DNA of 64,000 bases from Spizellomyces punctatus DAOM BR117 (taxonomy: Eukaryota): assembly GCA_000182565.2 (NCBI GenBank), contig KQ257453.1; one strand, written 5' to 3'. The notes below the pieces were generated by a model, which saw only the letters and a program-made list of their open reading frames with translations, had not been told where the DNA came from and searched no databases. A program made the position numbers and the translations under genes. Shown here piece after piece: positions 51,304-64,000 of this stretch; the first letter of the stretch is position 1; the number at the start of each line of letters is the position of its first letter.

Positions 51304-51810
51304 TCTGCCTTGTTTTTAGACGATCGCAGGTGCAAATCCCACAGATCTACTGTACACTGCCTTTGTTCGTAGGTCACGGATCTGTCGGCTCAATCCTCCC
51401 TGCTCCGATGTGTGACTCACTCTACGCTTTGCATTCCTGTTATGTAAGCATCTCCGATCATATCAACGGGATTCTTTGTCCATGCATTCCATTCAATGGG
51501 CATTGAAGAAAGAAGGAAGAGTGACGGAGAGCTTCTTCCTCGACTTTAGGATTTCGGTGAGAGCCGTGCGATTCCAGGTTTAAGAGCGAAAATCATTCTT
51601 TCGAGAAACACTGCATGTCAAGCATCTATTAAAACTAAATGGACTAAAATAACGTCCTAAAATGAAAACTATCGCTTCTGTCTAGAGAATACGTAAAACA
51701 AGAATGGCAAGCTGCCGCCATGTGCAGCCGATTCGTATAGTCACTCGGGTATCTGCCTCCAACCCTAGCAGCCACAACCTACGCATAACTGGCAAATCGA
51801 CGGGTATCGA

Positions 51811-52994
51811 CTATGCAGATGCAGAGTCCTTACTTCCATGTTCCTTCAACGGCTTGGATGACAACACTTTGACGTCCATATTGTTCCCGCACACCTGGCA
51901 TGTACCGGAGCCCTTACTCTGTGATCCCTGACCGGGTAGGGTGTTGTCTTTTTCGGCCGTTGATGCAAGTGCTTTGGCGCGTGCCATATCAGTAAGAAGG
52001 AGCATAGGTCGGATTGACCAGGTAACGTTTGCAGCGACCTGCAACGATATGATGTTGGTGACGAGAAAACCAACGCTTCATCAGAGTATACGACGTACCA
52101 TTAGAGCAGGTGGCGTTCGAACGGTCCAGTCATTGACTTGCACATTGTACACAATGTTGACAATCTAACACGATGGCAGCCCTTCGATTAGCTGATGATT
52201 TCGAGGACAAAAAGATCGATCCTAGCACTTACCTCGCACCCAAGACACATCAATAATCGGAGCCCCGTCGAACATAAGATCATGGCAGGGAGCGACCTCC
52301 CCTGGCTTCCATCGTCAGCCAACAGTTGTCTCATACTATAGAACTGCCAGGCAAGGTACAAAAACACGGCGATTTCAAATGCAACATGCAGCGCCGTCCA
52401 GGTCAATTGTAGCGGCCAGTAGCTAGGGTCGTATTCGCTGTTAACGTTCCATGCATCTTTACTCAACATCGCTCCTACTGCTTCACCAAGGGCCAGCTCG
52501 ATGGCCATGAAAACGTAGCCAATATAGGACCAACGTCCGTAATACATGGAGATCCATGGTGCAATCGTCTCGTATATCATAAAGCTCAACAAAGTTTCCT
52601 GATCAGAGCGTGAGCGTCAGCAAAAGTCTTTCAAAAACAGGAGAGAAACCACAGTCTACTTCACCTGCACAGCGAACAAAACATAAAGAATCTTGGTGTC
52701 AAATACCTCCCGATACACATAGCTATAATAGAGGCGTGGATTATACACCATCGCAGATAGAAAGTTGAGATACAAATCGATTCCATAGTAGGTCCACAAG
52801 GCAATCTTGATGCTCCGTTTAGGCATCTTCAAGAATTTATCCAAATTCGAGACGAGCATGACCATCACGATGATGAGGGCTGCCACATTGGCAGACTCGT
52901 AGGTTTCGCTTTCGTAGTAATACGGTGTGTATGGGTCCCATAGCTCAAAGGGTAGTGGTCCTTCGTCAGTAGCAGCGTCTTCCGATTCAGACAT
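51811..52994 (-). CDS. Orphan multi-pass membrane protein with about 7 hydrophobic helices (GPCR-like topology), 4 exons
   Basis: ORFs 52656-52994, 52188-52592 and 51811-52044 plus a short exon near 52098-52165 join through GT-AG introns; seven hydrophobic stretches and a polar C-tail. Confidence 0.65.
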
Positions 52995-53472
52995 GTTAGT
53001 AAGAAACTATGAGGTTTTTACCGCTCTATGGGGAATAAGGAAGAAAAAACGATGGGAAGCAAAACAATTTAACAAGGTTAAGCGCAGAAGGCATGATGTG
53101 TTATGTTTGTGTCTAATTTTGGACTGATAGTTACAGATGTCTTTGTTTGGGATACATTATTGTTTTGTTATCCATGACTTCTGGAGCCAAGACCCTCAAT
53201 CATGCACATGGTTGTTAAATGCAAAGCAATAACTATAGAACAAGCACTGGTATCTTCAACCCATTTATCAAAAGAAAATTGCATCAGCAGCAATCCCGTG
53301 CATGCGATTAACATGACATGATTTCAAGGCCATCAAAAAGTCTGATGCATGATCATATTCACACTGGGAAAAGAAAAATAGAAAAAACAATCCAACAGTA
53401 ACTAAAAGCAAAGATCTTGCCCAGGTCCAAATAAAGCAATTATAAAAAGAAAAATATGCAAATCACATTGAA

Positions 53473-56400
53473 CTAATCATGAAAGTCCTTTCCAGCTCTT
53501 GTCGCCTTCACAACTCCCGCCCGAATAACCCAATCGCCAAACTTTTCCCCGTGAATCCTGTCGCGGGCATATCGTGCCAAAAGCGGCCTCAATTCTTTAA
53601 TAATTTCTTCCTCGCCAATGCTCTCCCGGTATAGTTTGCTCAATCGGTCTCCGACGAAACCGCCGCCCAAGTACATGTTGTATGCCCCAGGCGCTTTACC
53701 CACGAACCCAATTTCAGCAATTGTGGGACGAGCGCACCCATTGGGACATCCTGTCATACGGATGGTGATGGCGTCATCACGGAGACCGTGTTCGTCCAAG
53801 ATCTCCTCAATCAATGTCATAAGGCTTGGAAGGTATCGTTCGGATTCGGCCATGGCAAGACCACAGGTAGGCAAAGCAACGCATGCCATAGAGTTGAGTC
53901 GAAGTCCAGAGTGGTTGGTGATGAGGAGTTTGTGAGTGCGGAGGAAAGAGTCAATTTCGGCGCGATGAGCAGTAGGGATCTTGGCAATCAAGAGATGCTG
54001 GTTGGCTGTGAGACGGATTTCACCAATGTTCAATTTGTCCAAGAGCTTAGCCAAATCTTTGAGTGCAGTTTTCATGCGGTGCTCGGGTGTGTCCTTGACT
54101 CGACCGCTCTGGATAAACATTGTGTATGCCCAGGATCCATTAGATTCTTGGATCCATCCAAACCGATCACCATTCGAGTCAAATTTGAAAGGACGAGGAG
54201 CGGGAAGCTTCCATCCCAAACGCTTTTCTACCTCTCCACGGAACCATTCGATGCTACGGTCATCGATCGTGTACTTCAATCGGGCGTGCTTGCGGTTGGT
54301 ACGGTCTCCATAATCACGCTGGACCGTCACGACCTTTTCACCAACTTCGATCGCCTGCTCGGGTGTGCAAAACCCGAGTACATCCGCAAGTCGTGGGTAA
54401 GTCTTCTTGTTTCCGTGCGTCATACCCATGCCACCTCCAACTGTCACATTGTATCCGACAATCTTGCCGTTCTCAATGATTGCAATGTATCCAAGGTCAT
54501 TGGCAAAGATGTCTACGTCATTGTGGGGAGGCACGGCGATGGCAGTCTTGAATTTACGGGGAAGGAACGTTTTGCCGTAGATCGGTTCGTGCTCCTCCTG
54601 TGTGGACACAACCAATTTCTTGTCAAGCCAGATCTCGTGGTATGCGCCCGAGTGAGGGAGCATGTGGGTACTCCAGTCCCTGGCGAGTTTCAAGACCGCC
54701 TCGTTGACTTCGGAAGAGTGCTCGTTGGGACTGCAAAGAACGTTTCGATTGACATCTCCACAGGCGGCGATAGTGTCTGTACAGGCCAAAATTTGTCAAT
54801 CATAATTCATCCTGCTGAGAAGCCGAAGATTACAGACAACTTACCCATCAAAGCTTGGTTCATCTCCCTGATGGATGGCTTCAAAACCCTTTTAACAATT
54901 CCATGAAATTGGAAAGTCTGACGGGTAGTAATCTTGATCGTACCGTTCGCGAACCGATCCGCGATATCATCAACAGCCAACCACTGCCGAGGGGTGATGG
55001 TACCTCCGGGGATACGGCAGCGCACCATGAACGAGAAGGCAGGCTCGAATCCTTGGCGAGCGCGCTCATCCCGAATGTCACGGTCATCTTGCTGGTAAAT
55101 ACCGTGGAACTTGATAAGCTTGGTGTCGAGCTCAACAAGTGCTCCGGTGGAGCTGTTGACCAGTCCTTCAGCAATTGTACCACGGAGGAAGTTACTGGAT
55201 TCTTTGATGGCATCATCCGACGGAAGGGCTGGCTCTAGGCTGACATCCATTTCGTCCACATCAAGAGCCTTCCAAAGCAAGGGGCGCCAAAGGTTGAGAC
55301 CAGTGTGGTATCCGTCAGGATCTTGATCATCACCAATACCGAGAGGAGTCAGGCGAGGAGCACCCAGTAGCTCAAGCTTGGCATCAAGATCTTTACCAGC
55401 CTTAGCAAAGTAATGCTTGTCTTCGGGCAATGGCCAATAGTGTCGATCACCAAGTGCGAGGACAGCAAACCTGGTCTTGCTAAGATCAAGCTCTGTGACC
55501 GAGCTGAGCGCCTTCCATGTCTCCTTACAGTTTCCAGGAAACTCTCCTTGTCCAGCCGTAGACACGACAAATACAACGTTGGGTTCGCCAGGAAGGTCCT
55601 CCACGCTGTAAGAATCAGCTGCCATGACTCTCGGCCGCAATCCGCGCTGCTTCGCTTCAGCACCAACCCGCTTGGCAACTGCCTCTGCATTTCCACCATC
55701 CGATCCGTATAGGACTAGTAAGGGCTGTGTGTTCAAGCTGCTGAGGAGCTCAGCGTATGATGCCTTGATCTTGTTCTCAATAGCAGCCTTGCGCTCCGAT
55801 TCCGCAGAACCAGTGAATTGCTCAGAGATTTCAGGTTTACTCTTGAGCACGTACGCCAAATGGTTCTCGCGCTCCAAGAATTCAAAGATCTCCTTTTTCA
55901 CCTTTTCAGAATCCAAAGCAAAAGGATCCTGACCCTTCTCCTCCAAGCTAGGGTTCCATCGATACAACGGCCAGTAACCGCTGTCCACAGCCTGTTTGGT
56001 TTCCTTGAGCATACCAAGAGGAATACTAACTCCCTTGCTAGCCTTGTTAATGCGCGGGGCATATGCAAGTACGACGGCGGGTCCAGGGTATGCGTCCGCT
56101 TCCATGAATGCCCGAAGGACTTGAGCATAGGACGCATTTACTGCAACCGAGGCCACATACACTCCACCGTACTGCATGGCATACAGACCTATATCCTTTT
56201 TGCGCTTGTCCACTTGAGCGGGCGCAACCTTCTCAGAATAGGGTTGCGTGTCCAGCACGATCATATTGATATTTTCTTTGGACGAGATGACATGGTGCAC
56301 ACCGCTGTTGCCGACATCGTAGGAAAGTTGGTCACCACCAATGAGCCAGCGCGAAGGTTTGGCAAAGAATACTCTGTCTTCATAAAGCTGGCCAAGTGCA

Positions 56401-58076
56401 GGGTGACGAGATTTTTCCGTCTCCAAAAGATGGACGGCGTCATTTCCGTATTTGTGCGACTTTTCGGCATCATCCCTGTGTTGCAACCAGGAGGCCAGCA
56501 CATTGCGCAATTCTGCACTCAAAGGGACATCGGCAGAGGCATCTTTGACCAGGTTTGCAAGACCATTCGCGAATCGGTTGCGACGCTGCACAAGTGCAAG
56601 GTGCATTCCGAAACCAAACTCTGCATTGGACTCGGCTGCATTCTTGCCCCAAACCGAGCTTGCTGCTGCGACGTTTGCGATGGAGACACGCTCACCAAAG
56701 AGTTGATGCAGCATCTTAACGTATGGTCCCTCGATTACCGAATCCAAGTCCACATGAGGCACAGTGCCATTTACACTGCTCGTTACAGGACCATGGCCAT
56801 TCGCCTGTGGAGCTCCGATGACAAAGGTACCTTGCTCATCTGCGGCTGTCCGTTCCAGCGCCGACTTTACAATTTCGCCGGTAAACCCTTCCGTACCCAA
56901 ATGTACTCTTCCCTCCCGCACCGCAGGGGCTTCTCCTTGCCATTTTCCAGAGTGGAATGACGCTGCAACGTCCAAGAACAAAGGTCCCCACGCTGTTGTC
57001 AAGGTATGAGCTGTTTCGAGCACTGAAACACGTCGAACAGTTCGTGGTAAAGCAGCAAGGAAGTGTTCCTCGGACCACGGCCGGTAGACACGGACGCGAA
57101 CAACTCCAACTTTGCGACCACTGACGACGAGATTATGCACGGTTTCCTCCACTGTTGACGATGCTGTACCAAGCACAACAATGACATCGGTTGCGTCATG
57201 AGCACCAGTGTACTCGAATAATTTGTAAGCGCGCGTTCCAAAAGCTGGCTTCAGTTGTTGGATAACATCAACAAATGACTGTGTTATCTGAGTGTAGTCA
57301 ATAGAAGGTTGTGAGCTTGGCAGGAAGAGGGAGTCTTTGACCTATTACCAAAACACCAGTCGTTTGTTAGCACCAAGACAGTCCAATTTGCTGGGAATAA
57401 ACTGAAGCTTACCTCAGCATTCTTTTGGTGATACTTGTTGACCAAATCTTTCTGTTCAGCAAACAAGTTTGAGAGCTCCGAGTACTGAATCGTGTGAATC
57501 TGTTCGTAGCTTCGGCTATCTGCGTAAAAGTGCACGACAGGGATGTGGTTGCGAAGGGCCACAATATGGGAGATGAGGCCCACATCGTGAGCCTGCTGTG
57601 CGCCGTGAGATGCAATCAAGAGAGCGCCGGTTTGCCGGATCGCAAAGATGTCCGATGTGTCACCATTGTGCGCAAGAGGAGTGTGAAAGACAAAGGGAGC
57701 CTTGTCTCCGATGAGCTTGTACAGTGTGGGGATAGTGTTGATGAGTTCGCTTGATGGAATGTAAACGGTTGCAAGAGACTTGTTCAGGACAGCTTGGTGT
57801 GTGGCAGCATGAAAATCTGCTCTAGCGTTTTCAATGGTGACGACGGATCCTGTGTTTCCATATGCATTTCTTGTTCCTTGTTTCGCCCACTCGCTCACGA
57901 GATCTCCCACTGGAGAAGGTTCAACCACGAAATTTGTGTCTGCCAAATCATATCTACAAGGAATCAGACAATGAATCAGACAATCAGTACATGCCCTTTT
58001 TAATCACAAGATGATAAAATCAGCACACATACCCGACATAGGACAATGCCGTCGGGATATTAAAGGATTGTGCCAT
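53473..58076 (-). CDS. MET5: Assimilatory sulfite reductase beta (hemoprotein) subunit, with PFOR-like and flavodoxin domains
   Basis: [32 protein letters not shown] (PFOR-like); [10 protein letters not shown] (flavodoxin); [38 protein letters not shown] and [10 protein letters not shown] (siroheme/4Fe-4S ligands). Confidence 0.96.
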
Positions 58077-58612
58077 TGCAAGAGCCAATTCCAACGCAAC
58101 GAGAAAACCAAAAGGACAAGTTAAATGCACTCGCTGTCGTTGTCGTCCTTGTCCTCTTGCTCAACAATGGTTTTTCACAAAAGGGGAGATGCAAAAGAGC
58201 CCACCCCAATAAAATACCCAACAAGAAGAAAAAAAACCCACAAGCAACCTTCGCCCAAAACTCGACGACGAGATGACTGTTGGTTCCAACAAACCATCTC
58301 ATCCAACGTTAATGCACGTTGTTATGAATTGATCCATATCTGTGATGTAATTGGAATGTATATGGATGGAACCAATAAAGAAGACGCGATTTGCCTCGTC
58401 GCTGATTGGCTGGAAATGGTGTCATTTAAAAAGACTGATGGGTTTACTAATGCAAACTGAGTTGGTGGGGAAGAAGGTTTCCTTCCTGACGAGCAAATCC
58501 CCGCAGACGAGGCATTAGAAATCCGAGTTTTTTTGGGACATTTGTTATAAAGAAGAGAACTTGTGCCTTTCTCCCCCACACAGTTCTAACGACGACAACG
58601 ACCAGAACAACA

Positions 58613-59530
58613 ATGTCTCCATCCACAACGCCCACCAGCAAGACTCGCCTTGACACTGTCTTTACTCCTGCCTACGTGGCTCACCTCAACCAAAAGCTCG
58701 CCCATCTGGAACCGCAAAAGATTATAGAGTGGGCCATCGTTTCCCTGCCAAATCTCTATCAAACAACAGCCTTTGGTCTCACGGGTCTGGTCATCCTCGA
58801 CATGATATCAAAAGTCTCCAAGGAGCACGCTCAACAACAAAGAGACCGCCAGCGTGGTCCAAAGGAAGACGTTGCCGTCAATCACCTCGTTCCGCTGATA
58901 TTTGTTGATACCTTATACCACTTTGATGAGACCATTGAACTGGCTCATCGTGCTGCCAAGCACTATGGCGCTCCTCTCCACGTCTACAAGCCTCAAGCGT
59001 GCGAAGATCGTCAGGAATTTGAAAACAAGAACGGAGAGCGCTTGTGGGAGACGGAGCCGGACATTTACGACTACCTCGTCAAGGTCGAACCGGCTCGTCG
59101 CGCATATGAGGATCTTGATGTGCAAGCATACTTTACTGGTCGTCGGAGATCACAAAACGGCGATCGCGCTGCCATTCCCATCATTGAATTGGACAACACA
59201 GTCTCTCCTCCCATGCTCAAGATTAACGCATTGGCATCGTGGGATTACGATACAGTTTGGGCATATGTACAGTGCAATGATGTCCCATACAATCCTTTGA
59301 TTGACAAGGGATACAAGTCCATTGGCGACGTCCACTCTACCCAACCAACACGTCCCGGAGAGAACGAGCGTGATGGCCGGTGGCGGGGTCAAGCAAAGAC
59401 CGAGTGCGGATTGCACAAGGATTACTTGCGCATGCGGTCATCATACCTGGCGGCAAAGAAGCGAAAAGCGGCTTTGACAGCGTCTGGCACAGAGCCGGTC
59501 ATGGAGGTGGAACCTGTCCCATCTTCTTGA
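58613..59530 (+). CDS. MET16: Phosphoadenosine phosphosulfate (PAPS) reductase, intronless
   Basis: LYQTTAFGLTG, IFVDTLYHFDET, YDYLVKVEP, TGRRRSQ, YNPLIDKGYKSIGD, ERDGRW, KTECGLH; no CC/CxxC cluster ligands. Confidence 0.96.
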   Translation: MSPSTTPTSKTRLDTVFTPAYVAHLNQKLAHLEPQKIIEWAIVSLPNLYQTTAFGLTGLVILDMISKVSKEHAQQQRDRQRGPKEDVAVNHLVPLIFVDTLYHFDETIELAHRAAKHYGAPLHVYKPQACEDRQEFENKNGERLWETEPDIYDYLVKVEPARRAYEDLDVQAYFTGRRRSQNGDRAAIPIIELDNTVSPPMLKINALASWDYDTVWAYVQCNDVPYNPLIDKGYKSIGDVHSTQPTRPGENERDGRWRGQAKTECGLHKDYLRMRSSYLAAKKRKAALTASGTEPVMEVEPVPSS

Positions 59531-60705
59531 TGCGATGCGGTCAAATAGTTGTTTTCTTTGTCACATATACTTGAAGTCGAATAATGGCGTAGGATGAGTT
59601 GGAGATTGGGGTTTCTTCTTGTATCTATATATCCCACTTTTGTGTTTTTTTTTTTTGTTATCGTATGATGGACGGACGTGGGCACAATTGAAATAGATTA
59701 TTTTCCAATCACTTTACATCTCAGTTGTCTTGCATTTGCTAATGCTTTTTGCACTTTGCAATGTGATTGCCTGGTAGATACACTACTTTGAACCTCTCAA
59801 AATAGTGCCGTATTATGAATGCTACCAATCTGGGATACTTTCGACATTATTTCCAATAAGTCTTTAACAAATGGCCAGCCATTTAACTGGGATCTTAGGC
59901 AGGGGACAAGCACGATGGATACCACCGCCGTGCCATACGGAAAAGTGACGTTGCAGCAAAGGACAATGAAATGTAAAGCCAAGGATAGACCAAATCGCCG
60001 TATGATGCATTGAAGCGTTTGGTGAGTATCGGCTTGTTGGATGCTCTTGTTTGCTTAAAAATTGTTACCTCCCACGATGAAAAGGGAAGCCACAGAGTGT
60101 AGCAAACGTCAACATGCCCACAAGGCAAAAGACAATACACAAGATATTCAGCCAAGATTGATAAACACTACCTACTCTCTCCATATTTTTCTTCCTTTAT
60201 AAAGGGGTGGACGGACAAACGCTCAGGAGTAAGCCTCGTTGAGTTACAATCCCGTAAAACGGAACTGCAATCGCATAACTGTGCTATAACGAACCACATC
60301 CCCTAGTACACTCTCACCCGCCCTCCCACCACCACCAGCTCCTGATGACCAGGTATTTGCCAACGGCGGAGCGGAAGAGCGGCACAGAGCAAAAAAGGAT
60401 GGAGATAGGACCCGCAGCGAGCAGCGACACTTTCTGCCAAGTGTTCGAGGACTTTCCCCAAAGCAACCATGAGCAACCCCGCGAAGGAAAGTTGCTCCGT
60501 ATGTGTGCTTCGAACGCGATTCTCCGAGATGTTTGTCCGTCAAAGGAAGAAAAAAGAACAGCAACCCGCATTTTATAGCCTTGAAATGAGGCGCAGCTGC
60601 AAACCACTGCGCCACGCACGGGTTGCCCTTCCCAACCAGCGAGAGCATCTCCAAGGACAAGAAGGTAAACGGACTCTGGCGTGGAGATCTTGGGGTAAAA
60701 ACAGC

Positions 60706-61914
60706 ATGCACGCCAGGATCGCAACAAAAAGCACCCGGTCGGTTTCCAGCCAGCGGGGGTGGGCGTCCCACCTTTTGCGTCGCCAGGGAACCTTTCTACC
60801 GAATGCCACCCTCGCCACTACAGCAACAGTTCCCGTTCCTTCCGTCCAAGAACCTCCCGTCTTCCGGGCTCGTCTCGAAGAACACTACTACAACTCCCTC
60901 CTCGAGGACTTGATGGTTCTCACCTACGACCACACATCTCCCCATGCAAGTTTGTCGCATCTCTCGAAAACAAGAGACTGGAATAGACGTCTTCCCGAAA
61001 CACCTTTGCAGAGCCTTTTCTCCGTCCCTGTTGAGAGACTCCCAACCGTTCCTGCCTCAGAGACGACAACAAATATCTTGACGCTGGAAAATGCAAGAGT
61101 GAAGGACGTTGTTTTGAAGCGCAAGTTCCGGAAAGGACTCTTCAACCCTATTGATTACACGACTGTGTTAAAGGAAAAGTATGATGCTCGGGAGGACGCT
61201 CCCCCACCTCCCCCTTATGCGCCCTTACCTTCCCGACTTCCCATTGTGTCAAAAGTCATGTTGAGAATTTGGAGTGAGGCCGCAGTCGCCAACAAGTAAG
61301 TCGGCGATAACAATATGTGGTGCGCGATGGCACATTATAACCGCCAACATCTTTCCAGGACCATCCTCCTCTCTGCCATCATGTCCCTTCAATCCATTAC
61401 TGGCGTCCGCGCCGAGCCTCTCTTTGCAACCGTGGGCGACGCCTCGAAAAAGATCCGGGAAGGCATGCCCCTCGGCGCACGTGTAGAACTCACCGGTGTG
61501 AAAATGTACGAATTCCTTGACAAAATGACTCAATGCGTTCTTCCCCGTCTTCGGGAATGGGATGGCCTTAACCCCGTTGGAGATGACAATGGATCCATCA
61601 CACTTTCCCTTCCCAGTACCGCCATTGGTTACTTTCCCGACATTGAACCCCATTTCGACATGTACCCCAGGTTGTTTGACACGGATATCGTCATCCAGAC
61701 AACCGGAAAGAGCGATTGGGAGACAGTACTGTGCTTGTCTGGGTTTCAAGTACCATTCTTGAAGGAGAGAGTCGTGGCGCAGGAAGAGGAAGTCGAGGAT
61801 GCCAATGATCCATGGGCCAAGTTCAGGAAGCCAAAGACAAGAGAGGAGCGGAGGGCCATGGCTGAAAAGCTCAAGAAAATGCATCAAGCCCAACAGGGAG
61901 CTTCCAAGCAATAG
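60706..61914 (+). CDS. MRPL7: Mitochondrial ribosomal protein uL5m, 2 exons (intron 61296-61358); start uncertain
   Basis: RLEEHYYNSLLEDLMVLTYDH, LQSITG, KIREGMPLGARVEL, MYEFLDKMTQCVLPRLREWDG, FPDIEPHFDMYP, LSGFQVPF. Confidence 0.88.
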
Positions 61915-62309
61915 ATCTACTGCGGTGGATGCAAATGGCATCTCTACCTGGAAAGTGTCATGGTTGAGCACCTTCAATATCGGGTGCATTGTTTCTCCTT
62001 GCTTAGAATTCCCCGACAATTTGATTCTCTGCCATACCATGTATTTATGAAAGGTCTACAGATTTGTTTAACAGATATATGTAGTACTAGTACTAGTTGT
62101 TGATTCCTTCGCATCGGTTCAATAGAACTGGGACCATTATATAAATTTGCATTGAAATCTCCGTCATGCAAAGCATCTGGTTCTCAAATACACAGCAGCC
62201 ATTATCGAATATTATGAATTTAAACAACGTTTTGCTTATGGTACAATTGCACCCCTTTAGTTCTAAAATACATAAATTAAGGAGTTGCTCAATGCTCAAT
62301 GTTTCCCGC

Positions 62310-64000
62310 TTAGTGCTTCCATCTAGAGAATGACACACGATTAGCCCGTTACCAAATGCTCATCGATCTAAAGCCTTACATTTTCAAGACTTTGTCCTTG
62401 CCGCCACTGGCAACCTTATCTCCTGCTGGGCTCCAATCTACCGAGTATACTTCATCCGCGTGTCCTGGTAACTCGATTTTTAGCTTCTTGGTCTTCAGGT
62501 CCCAGGTTTTGAGTGTCGAGTCGCGCGAGCCAGAGAGAACTTGTCGTGAGTCAGAAGACCAGCAGACTTGGAAGACAGCACCGACGTGTCCGCGGAGGGT
62601 TGAGATGAAACTCGTGGTCAAGTAGCATGTGAGTTTACATATTGACTATATACACGTGAAAAAAAGCGAGTCAAAAACTCACACTCCCTTTTCAGCATCC
62701 CATAACTTGATGCTCTTGTCAAAGCTCGCACTGGCTATTGTCCTCCCGTCAGGGGAGAAGCTCAAGTGGGTCACAGGCTGTTGATGTCCTGTCATCCGCG
62801 TAATAGGCTTCTTGCCAGTACTAGGTTCCCATAAGAATATTGTGAAATCGTCGCTGCAGGATGCGAGGCGTTCTTTCCGAGTTCCATTGGCTGTTGCAGC
62901 ATTGTAGCGTTTCGTCGCTGCAGCATGGGCTGTGGATCTGTCGGGGAAGGTAGAACCTGTGTGATCGTAGGGGCCGGTGCGGAGGATAAAATCGGTAGAG
63001 AGGGCGAGGTGGTTGACCCAGTGGGCATGGCCTTCCAGTGAGCGGACCAGCTTGCCCTTTGGAGTATTGGTTTGGTTACAACTCAAGTCGGACAATACCT
63101 CATCTATTACAGACACAATGCATACCTGCGTCGACTCCCACACTTTGATCGTCTTGTCTCTAGATGCAGAGTAAATCAACCCGTCGCCGCCCCACTTGAC
63201 GCACATTACAGGACCCGTATGTCCGGAAAGTGTCATAAGGACCTTTCGTAAGGTCGCATCCCATATGCGGACAGTGCCGTCACGCGACGCTGATGCAAAG
63301 CGATTGCAGTTTTCATTGCTAAAGCGGCATGAGAGATTATCATGCATCAAAATGTAGACTAACAGAAGACTTACAGGTGCATTGGCTCCCAGGATATGCT
63401 TGTAATGACTTGCGAATGAGCGCGGAGGGCATCGCCTATAGGTTTACCTGTTTTGGGATTCCACAATCTTATCTAATATTCACAAATATAGTTCAGTTTC
63501 AAGAAAGTCACAGCCTTCCTGTAAAGCTGGGTCATACCGTACTATCCATGCTTCCAGACGCCAAGATCTGACAGTCTGGGGACCAGGCCACAATCTGGAC
63601 CCAGTTCTTGTGCCCTACCAATCCGAACGGTTTAGACTATGCCCATGTAATATGGAACTCTCATTGAGTCGTCATTTATCAAGATCCACACACACCTTCC
63701 AGCGTAAATTGTGGGGTCTCGGTCGCTAGATCCCATATTCTCACTGTTGTGTCCCCAGATCCCGTTGCCAGCTGTGTTCCATCCGGACTAAAGCATACCG
63801 AGAGTATAGCCTCCGTATGTCCTATGCTCTGGAGCTGTAGTTACCCATGAGTGATGACATTCCTGCACACAAGTAGCTTACCAGTTAGCGAAGAACTGCA
63901 CCGAGTAACAGAGCGAACACGAAAAACCGCTTGTGGACGGTATAATATAGTAACCAAGTCTTCTGTAGATCGCTGGAGGCCTTGGATGATATCAACATGG
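62310..64000 (-). CDS. RSA4: Ribosome assembly WD40 protein Rsa4/Notchless, 5' end outside the window
   Basis: [86 protein letters not shown]. Confidence 0.93.

Noticed and set aside
53788-56960. Long plus-strand ORFs (372 and 380 aa) opposite MET5
   Set aside because: Antisense shadows of a codon-biased CDS; the same applies to antisense ORFs over eEF3, SPT6 and the Ki-67-like gene.
59700-60700. Overlapping ORFs on both strands upstream of uL5m
   Set aside because: No recognisable motifs or consistent exon structure; likely UTR or intergenic.

Overview
This is a gene-dense, intron-rich eukaryotic window (short GT-AG introns, about 50% GC, two 100-N scaffold gaps). The mix of fungal markers (eEF3, Met5/Met16, Kar5) with ciliary/centrosomal genes (CFAP410, CCHCR1-like) points to a flagellated early-diverging fungus, probably a chytrid (inference). 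I reconstructed about 26 protein-coding genes by hand: NDK (partial), ARP1, DPH5, ATP synthase e, IMA1, a PB1+zinc-finger orphan, eEF3, DCAF6-like, KAR5/GEX1, SPT6, PTRHD1, CCHCR1-like, RNase H2B, CFAP410, a divergent Ham1/ITPase, a Ki-67-like protein, POP5, lipin, SPT small subunit, SLC1, PEX1, an orphan 7TM protein, MET5, MET16, uL5m and RSA4 (partial). The main find is a spliced ~1961-aa protein at 32223-38388. It has a Ki-67-type FHA domain, an unexpected VAP-type MSP domain, a Ki-67/RepoMan PP1-binding motif that appears only after splicing, and a long disordered tail of AT-hook repeats and charge blocks. Also notable are a head-to-head MET5-MET16 pair, a lipin/ssSPT/SLC1 trio, and three single-base homopolymer frameshifts that are probably assembly errors. 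All family calls come from motif recognition by eye, not database searches.
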